Source: Ginkgo biloba
Lineage: Eukaryota > Plantae > Ginkgophyta
Direction: 5' to 3'
NCBI GenBank assembly: GCA_024626585.2
Contig: JANKJI020000002.1
Span: forward strand, 18,626,516-18,655,817
Length of the DNA stretch: 29,302 bases
The stretch's first letter is position 1; each line of letters begins with the position of its first letter. A model generated the notes under the pieces. It saw nothing but the letters and a program-made list of their open reading frames with translations. It was not told where the DNA came from and ran no database searches. The position numbers and the translations under genes are program-made. Below, one piece after another: positions 22,700-29,302 of this stretch.

Positions 22700-25075
22700 T
22701 ACATAGAAATTTTGCTGCATCTTGTCTTACATTTCCAAAGAAGTAATTATTTTAAATGTGACAGACATATGATTGCTATGGAAAGTTCAAATTTGAAGAA
22801 AGCTTCTAACTAAATCATTTATTCTTACTTCAATAAGAAAGGCATAAGCCTCCTCTATAGAATCCTTTTGTTCCTAATTTAGTACCAAACAAGCTGACTT
22901 CTTGGCCATAATTCTGACTACCTAGACAACTTTTGCCCACTCTCAATGCTTCTTGGCCAATTTTTGCTCTAGCCCCACAAGCTATTGTTGATGCTCAGTC
23001 ACAAATACTAGCCTCTTAGCGTCCAAAGTTGCCCTCAAGTGGGACAACTATTCCTCCAAATTGTGTTGATGCTTCTCCTGTAATTTTTGTCACTCTACTT
23101 TTGGACACTTTTGTGCTTCTCCTACCACGTTTCCGTTTAGCCTCCATTCTAGCTTGCTGGTTTGCCCAAAGTGTGGCCAACTCCATCCTCACTTGCTCCA
23201 ATTGAACTATTTGCTAGTCCCTGTTCTTTATTACCTGTGCCAACTCAATACGAACCTCTTCTAGCTGTTGCTTGATCTTCTCCAAGGGAAGCACATCGAC
23301 CAATTGCTCCACATATTTGATATTGCCCTCCAATGACACTCATCGCATTTTCTTCTACAAGGTCTCATGAATAGATGTGCCTCCTCACGGGTTGCTTATT
23401 TTTCTGATCCTCCCATGTTGGCTTGTCAGATGTAGGAGACTGACTCCTCCAAGTCTTGATCAATCATTGTCAGTAGCTTCACTTGCTTGCACCCTTGGCA
23501 TTTGTGGAAAGCATCTCGTATGTCTCATGTCAGAAGGTTAGTTAGTGGTTGGTCATCCGTAAGTTGCATCGTAAAAGCCATAAGGCGGGCATGCTTTGTG
23601 TAGAAGCTCTTCTACTTTGCATCATTGTCTTTGGATGCTTCTTCATCATTAGGTGTATAATGATAATATACTTAAGTTTATCCACTTTCACCTATAATCT
23701 CTCTACATAAAAAGGATATACATAATCCTCCTTCCTATTTGTCTCCTCTGGCTNNNNNNNNNNATGTCCTTCCCCCAACGTCATCTCCATATTTGGCTCC
23801 TCCAATTTGTCCAATGTTATATCAAAAGCTATGTGGGTGAAGAATTTTGCTCAAGAGCATTAGGAGAAGCCTTATCATTTGTAGTGGTTGTAAGGTAAGC
23901 TTTTGCAATCGCCTTTGATTAACTGTTAGAAAACATATCCTCCTTTGGATAGTCAAGTAAGATTGGAAGGGATGGAATGGTGGTATTCTATGGTGTAGCC
24001 CTTAGTATAGTTGCTAGTGTTGTACTCTCTAGTATAGAATCTGAGATGGTGGGCTCTATGATCAATGCATTCAAATCAAGTCCTATCCTTTGAGGTTGAC
24101 TGGGACTAGTTACTACTTCTTGCATTGAATCTGTGTCTTCTAACTCTTCCTCCTTTATTAGATCAATGGTTCTATCATTATCCTCAATATCTTGCTCTCT
24201 GATAGGCTTCTCTCCCTTTCAACTAACAAAGTTATCCCCTAAAAATTATTTTCATTCAAGAATGGAAGGAAACCCTCGCTGAATAGTGTCAATAGTGGCA
24301 CCAAAGGCATCGTAATAGAAGCTCGTGAGGTATAAAGGTAGTTAAAACCACAATTGTGTCAAACACGCAACGGATCTTAGTGTATAAGAACTTACAACAC
24401 TTGTAGCATTACCCCTACAACAACCCCTCTAGGTACAGTACCAACCACATAGGTAAATCATTGCACCTTTGCTCTCTAACCAACCAAGAGTAGATGAGGG
24501 TGACCACCATTTGAAGCACTCGAGTTTTTAAGATGGGCACCATAATACCCCAGCATCCATGCTTTAGACCTTTGAAAACATCAAATGTACATAAACTTTG
24601 TATTGAAGTCTTCGTATGCTCCTCGGTCGCATTCAATTTGGGTTAAGCTAATGATCTCCCTAAGTTTGGTAATGCAAGCAACGACTCAAAGTCCAATGCT
24701 TCACAAGATACACAAAATCCAGTAATCTACAACATGTGAGCCCAAGGATCATAACCCTTGAACATGTGCTCAAGAAAGTTTGAAGTTTTATTAAGCACAA
24801 GAATAATGATGCATTGAGCCACTCTCGCTTATTCTAACATAGTGCACACTGGGGCCTCATAAGGAGAGCTACTCACGAATCCCTCGACTGTGGAAAGCCC
24901 ACCAAATACCATCTTGCCAAGAGTCCTCGGTGCTCTGGAGGAGGACTAAATGTTGCGGACCCAATTTTAATGTTTGGCACCTTTGAAGTCTTCTAAGGTG
25001 TTGAACTCGTAGCCAAAGTGATAGGCGCAACACCGTTGGCCACTTTTGCTTGATATTTCTTGCCACCAAGGGGTG
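22700..25075 (-). pseudogene. Degenerate TE-associated ORF, probably a retrotransposon accessory protein (transposon-domain-like N-terminus, acidic linker, coiled-coil C-terminus)
   Basis: Long semi-open minus-strand frames: NFLEHMFKGYDPWAHML*ITGFCVSCEALDFESLLALPNLG..., acidic EDNDRTIDLIKEEELEDTDS, and helical LEKIKQQLEEVRIELAQ / MEQVRMELATLWANQQARMEAKRKRGRR. No gag/pol motifs. Confidence 0.45.
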
Positions 25076-25128
25076 TAAAGAAATAAAGAAAGAATTAAAA
25101 TCTAATTAATCCAGACAAGAGTTAAGTA

Positions 25129-25132
<4 letters not shown>

Positions 25133-25182
<50 letters not shown>
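25133..25182. repeat. (AG)n microsatellite, at least 25 units, running into a gap
   Basis: Read directly. Confidence 0.97.
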
Positions 25183-25598
25183 NNNNNNNNNNNNNNNNNN
25201 NNNNNNNNNNNNNNNNNNNNNNNNNNNNNNNNNNNNNNNNNNNNNNNNNNNNNNNNNNNNNNNNNNNNNNNNNNNNNNNNNNTAGTGCCAGATTCATTTT
25301 AGTCTCTCCATCCATGTCTCCCTTGATTTCATTGTTTCATCTTTCCTCCTTCCCTCTCCCTTTTCAGCCCTCAATTAATTGTTGATTATTTTATTTTTTG
25401 CCATGTGAAATAATGGCCTTAGCAATAGAAACTCATTTTGACTTTATACATGCAAGTCTGAAACAAGACAACAAAAGGTGAGGAGGAACCTATGTTAAAA
25501 TAAAAATGCATGCTGAAACGTTTTACCATACTGGAATGTTTGCTTTTGTTTTTCTAAAAATTTGGATCCTCATCTTATTTTGCTCTGTGCAACTGCAG

Positions 25599-25654
25599 GT
25601 TTGGCTCTGAATCGCCCTGGGGATCTTGCAATCAGTTTGGGCACTAGTGACACA
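25599..25654 (+). CDS. XK2: Xylulose kinase internal exon: (G)LALNRPGDLAISLGTSDT
   Basis: Acceptor ctgcAG and donor GTAAGT. Contains the conserved FGGY kinase motif PGDLAISLGTSDT. G(2873)+GT(25599-25600) reconstitutes Gly. Confidence 0.95.
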
Positions 25655-25852
25655 GTAAGTTGTAATCAGAAAAACATTCATGTCCCCCTCTTATGTTTTT
25701 TCCCTTTTTCTTGATAAGTAATAACTTAGCTGTGATTTCCACTTTTGTTCAAACTGCTTCAGTCTCATCTCAGTTGTCAATGAATTAGATTATACCGTGT
25801 GATATTTTGCAACAAATGTTTGGTATTCATTTTGAACACGTTTTTTTACTAG

Positions 25853-26008
<156 letters not shown>

Positions 26009-26075
26009 TGAGGATGTCAATTATGTCAGTTTTTGGAGCATGACTTGACCAGGTGCTTTTGTTTGGCTCTTGCAG

Positions 26076-26150
26076 AAGTTCGTAACCATTGTGCAAATGG
26101 ATCCTGGGACACTTTCAATGATTTTTTAGATCAAACTCCTCCTCTAAATG
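26076..26150 (+). CDS. XK2: Xylulose kinase internal exon: (E)VRNHCANGSWDTFNDFLDQTPPLN(G)
   Basis: Acceptor ttgcAG and donor GTtttg. In phase with the previous exon and matches the expected ..R..CA..SW..FN..L..T.PLN segment. Confidence 0.93.
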
Positions 26151-26698
26151 GTTTTGTATCCCTTTGACTTGACTGATTTTTCTTTGAGCATTCACGACAC
26201 TAGTGACTGATGCTAGTTAGATCTATGTTTATGAAATATATTTACTTTGGGTTGACTATTACTCATCTGGTGTACTATAACTGAAACTAATTTAACATAG
26301 GCAGAACCAGGAAACAGCTAATAGACATGTATAAATTTGGTTTGTGTCTATTGAATAAAAAACAGAAAACGAAATTTCCATTTATTGTTAAAGAGGTTGT
26401 TTTCCCATTCTATGTCAAGTGTATTTCAGGCAATTNNNNNNNNNNNNNNNNNNNNNNNNNNNNNNNNNNNNNNNNNNNNNNNNNNNNNNNNNNNNNNNNN
26501 NNNNNNNNNNNNNNNNNNNNNNNNNNNNNNNNNNNNNNNNNNNNNNNNNNNNNNNNNNAAAATCCCTTTTTCGCTTTTCATATATCCCTTTTTTTAGTTA
26601 ACTCGGGAATTCTTATGTTTCTAATTTTGTTTTCATCAAGTCTTCAACTTGTGAAGTAATACATTCATCTGAAGAGTTAGATGTTTTTCCTTTTGAAG

Positions 26699-26793
26699 TT
26701 GGGATTCATCGATATGAGCTTAGCAATTATGAGAGTTGCTCAGTGGGTGATGTAAAATCTCAGGAAGTACCAGAGTTTGATGCTCCTTCTGAG
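26699..26793 (+). CDS. XK2: Xylulose kinase internal exon: (V)GIHRYELSNYESCSVGDVKSQEVPEFDAPSE
   Basis: Acceptor ttttgaAG and donor GTcagt. Matches the plant XK2 segment VG.HRY.L.N......EFDPPSE. Confidence 0.9.
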
Positions 26794-27017
26794 GTCAGTC
26801 ATTGCAAATANNNNNNNNNNNNNNNNTCTGTGATGGTCCCCTCAAAGAACATTTATGTATTTCTCATGCAAAAAGGATCATGCTACCTTTGCCTCTTTTT
26901 CTATTGCAAACTTTCTAATGAGGATGAAAAACACATATTGCTCTGTGGAAAATAAGCATGTACATCCCTAAAGAGCAAGGTGGGATGCTCACTTTCATTT
27001 GTTTGCTTTGATTGAAG

Positions 27018-27192
27018 GTGCGTGCAATTGTTGAAGGACAGCTTTTGTCAATGCGTGCGCACACACANNNNNNNNNNNNNNNNNNNNNNNNNNNNNNNNN
27101 NNNNNNNNNNNNNNNNGCATCTGCAAATCAGCACATCCTTTCATTGATCGCTTCAATTTTTGGCTGTTCTGTCTATACTGTCCAGAGGCCAG
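27018..27192 (+). CDS. XK2: Xylulose kinase internal exon: VRAIVEGQLLSMRAHT-[N gap]-ASANQHILSLIASIFGCSVYTVQRP
   Basis: Acceptor attgaAG and donor GTattt (27193). FGGY C-terminal motifs. The 17 unreadable codons fit the expected ERFGMPSPP.RIIATGG segment in frame. Confidence 0.93.
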
Positions 27193-28024
27193 GTATTTAA
27201 CTATCATTCAGTTGCATTCTAACTTTTTAAAATGTCTATAGGACATTTGGACTAAATTAGTATTTGCCACAAACCACAGAATCACAAAAGTAGAAGATCT
27301 TCATGGGATATTTTAAGCATGGTTGGGTTTAAGTGAAATTTGAAATTCAGATGTCATTTGCAGCTACTGCAGAATTGGTACACTAGCTTGTTGCCTAGAA
27401 ATTTTAACCTGTTGTGTACCAATGTCTTCTAAAATTCTAATCTAGATGAGTGCAATATCTGCTAACTGGAGAAGAGTGCAATATCTGTAGAATCTTGCAG
27501 CTTATCCATCTTGAACCTGCATGACTCAAGAAATGCTTGAATCAAGAGTAAAATAAATTTTTTCTCTCAAATGAAATCTATCTTGTAATTTGTAAATACA
27601 CTCTCAACAATCTAAAGAGGCCTCAAGAGGAACATCAAGATATGAGGACTCAAATTATGTTCAATGCCCAACATGTAGCCTCCAAACTATCAATAAATCT
27701 GCTTAATTGATCTTAGGAGTAGTCAGCTTTTTTGAAAGATTAATCTATGCATTTGCATGTATGAACTCTTTCAAGATTGTAAAACTGTGAATGACTCATC
27801 AATCATTCAAGATAAGGGGTTAGTTTGTTTTCCTGGTTATATGTAATTGCTTCTGGTTGAGAAAAAGGTAGAGAGGCTATTTTACTCTATTTTCCATGCT
27901 TGTAAGTGGGAACTTCAAACTCACNNNNNNNNNNNNNNNNNNNNNNNNNNNNNNNNNNNNNNNNNNNNNNNNNNNNNNNNNNNNNNNNNNNNNNNNNNNN
28001 NNNNNNNNNNNNNNNNNNNNNNNN

Positions 28025-29302
28025 GTTTATCTTGGTCGAGATAATCCTTTAGTATATTCTTTTTGTCTCCTTGCAATCTCTTACTAAGGGCATCCTCATT
28101 CTAGGGTTTCATTTTTGTGTTCTAGTTTCTTGACTACACCAATGCAAGTTGTTTTCTGATGGTAAGAAATGACATGTTTTGGTCCAAGGAAGCATTTGGC
28201 ATCTTCAAATTCTTCAGTTTGACTAAGTTTAAGAGATGGGACAGTTATAAATATTGAAAATATAAATTAGTCATGGGGGCCAACCTTAGAACTAGCATCA
28301 TTTTCAGAGGTGTCATTATGATCCTTTTTGGACGTCATTGGGGTTTGTGGATGTAGAGTTTTTGGGGAGTTGGAGGATTCTTCGAACAATATGTCATTAT
28401 ATTAAAACTCGATAAATTCTTCTCCTCTAAATCCTCGAAATCTTCATTTTTGTTGTCTATCAATGACTCCAAGATGCTAGACTAGTAATTTGACGAGAGG
28501 GGAATTGCCTCCTTAACATTTTAGCAAGAGTTGGGTTGAGTTTCTTTCTCTGACTCATCACTGAAGGAAACAATAACTGCATTGTCCACTATTGCTTTTA
28601 GAATGGGTACATGCAGAGTAGTAGCAAGGACATGATAGTGACTCTTAACTTCAATATTCGTAGTATGTCCCTCATTGGATTGATGGGACTTTATCCCTTC
28701 TCATATCAAATCATGATTACAATGGTGGGTAATGGGATCATGACTACAAGGGAAACCTCAAATCTAGGGTAGATTACCATCCAATAATGTTAACTAGGAT
28801 TTGATTTAAATGAGTTATCTTTTTAGCCATCATGATTTGGAGTTGCAATCTTAAACCCCTACTCCTTGGCCATAACCTTGTATCGTTCAAAACTCTGCTA
28901 ATAGTAATCTCAAGAGTGAATTTCAAGTTTTTGTGGAATGTTTTGTTGTGATTCCACCAAGTCTCATAATGGCGGCCTTAAAACTTAACCACCATAGCAA
29001 TAGTGGCATTTCATCCTCTAAAAACCAAGCAAATAACTATGTCTATGATGTTACTGTAAAGAAAGGAAGAATCTGAGACTTGATGATCTAGTTCCTCCTC
29101 ACCTAAATCAATATGGAATAGTTCAAAGATTTACCTCCATATGCTATGCACCCTTTTACATTTCTACCAAAAATGGTTTGAAGTCATTTTTAGCTTGTCC
29201 ACAATTGGAAAGAGCAGTAGGGCCTTATACTCCTATTTCTCCCACGTATCCTTTGTTAGAAAATCCTTGTCGGATATTTGCTAATGAATGGAAATAATGC
29301 CT
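28025..29302 (-). pseudogene. Degenerate TE-like coding relic in the next xylulose kinase intron
   Basis: Minus-strand semi-open frames with IRPY and YETWW motifs (weakly plant-mobile-domain-like), followed by an acidic Ser/Asp/Glu-rich tract (VSFSDESEKETQ..NEDFEDLEEKNLS). Confidence 0.3.

Larger units (their letters stand above)
2874..25598 (+). other. Giant (~22.7 kb) GT-AG phase-1 intron of the xylulose kinase gene, filled with TE remnants
   Basis: The flanking exons encode contiguous protein (..NSLA G|G LALN..) with matching phase. I saw no XK-like sequence in between. The length is approximate because of many N-gaps. Confidence 0.88.

Noticed and set aside
20400-22700. Possible nested host gene (genic-looking composition)
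   Set aside because: No consistent exon chain; the minus-strand motifs follow L1 ORF2 order instead.
25106-25315. LSLSLS repeat ORF
   Set aside because: It is the (AG)n microsatellite plus a gap.
26156-26165. U12-type donor GTATCCCTTT
   Set aside because: It mismatches the GTATCCTT consensus, I saw no U12 branch site, and the GT at 26151 gives the expected phase and protein.
27448-27487. 14-bp direct repeat GAGTGCAATATCTG (26-bp period)
   Set aside because: Ordinary small tandem duplication in intron DNA with no sign of function.

Overview
Eukaryotic (land-plant) genomic DNA, AT-rich and heavily gapped. The window lies entirely inside one + strand host gene, a plant xylulose kinase (XK2-like, FGGY carbohydrate kinase family). 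Six internal coding exons are readable: 2809-2873, 25599-25654, 25853-25973, 26076-26150, 26699-26793 and 27018-27192. One more is probably hidden in the N-gap at 26436-26558, and the first and last exons lie outside the window. The main structure is a phase-1 intron of about 22.7 kb (2874-25598) that splits the Gly codon of the GDNPNSLAG motif and is filled with decayed retroelements. These include a chromovirus-type Ty3/gypsy with an internal gag-protease deletion, a minus-strand Ty3 gag remnant, two related LTRs, an almost empty two-LTR element, a Ty1/copia integrase remnant, two antisense L1-type LINE remnants and degenerate ORFs of unclear family. Such giant TE-filled introns are typical of large-genome plants such as gymnosperms and ferns (inference only). 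I see no prokaryotic features, RNA genes or CRISPR arrays, and no convincing novel intact system. The most open-ended items are the unclassified coding relics at 1-1255, 22.7-25.1 kb and 28.0-29.3 kb, and the near-empty two-LTR element. All family calls come from motif recognition by eye, not from database searches.
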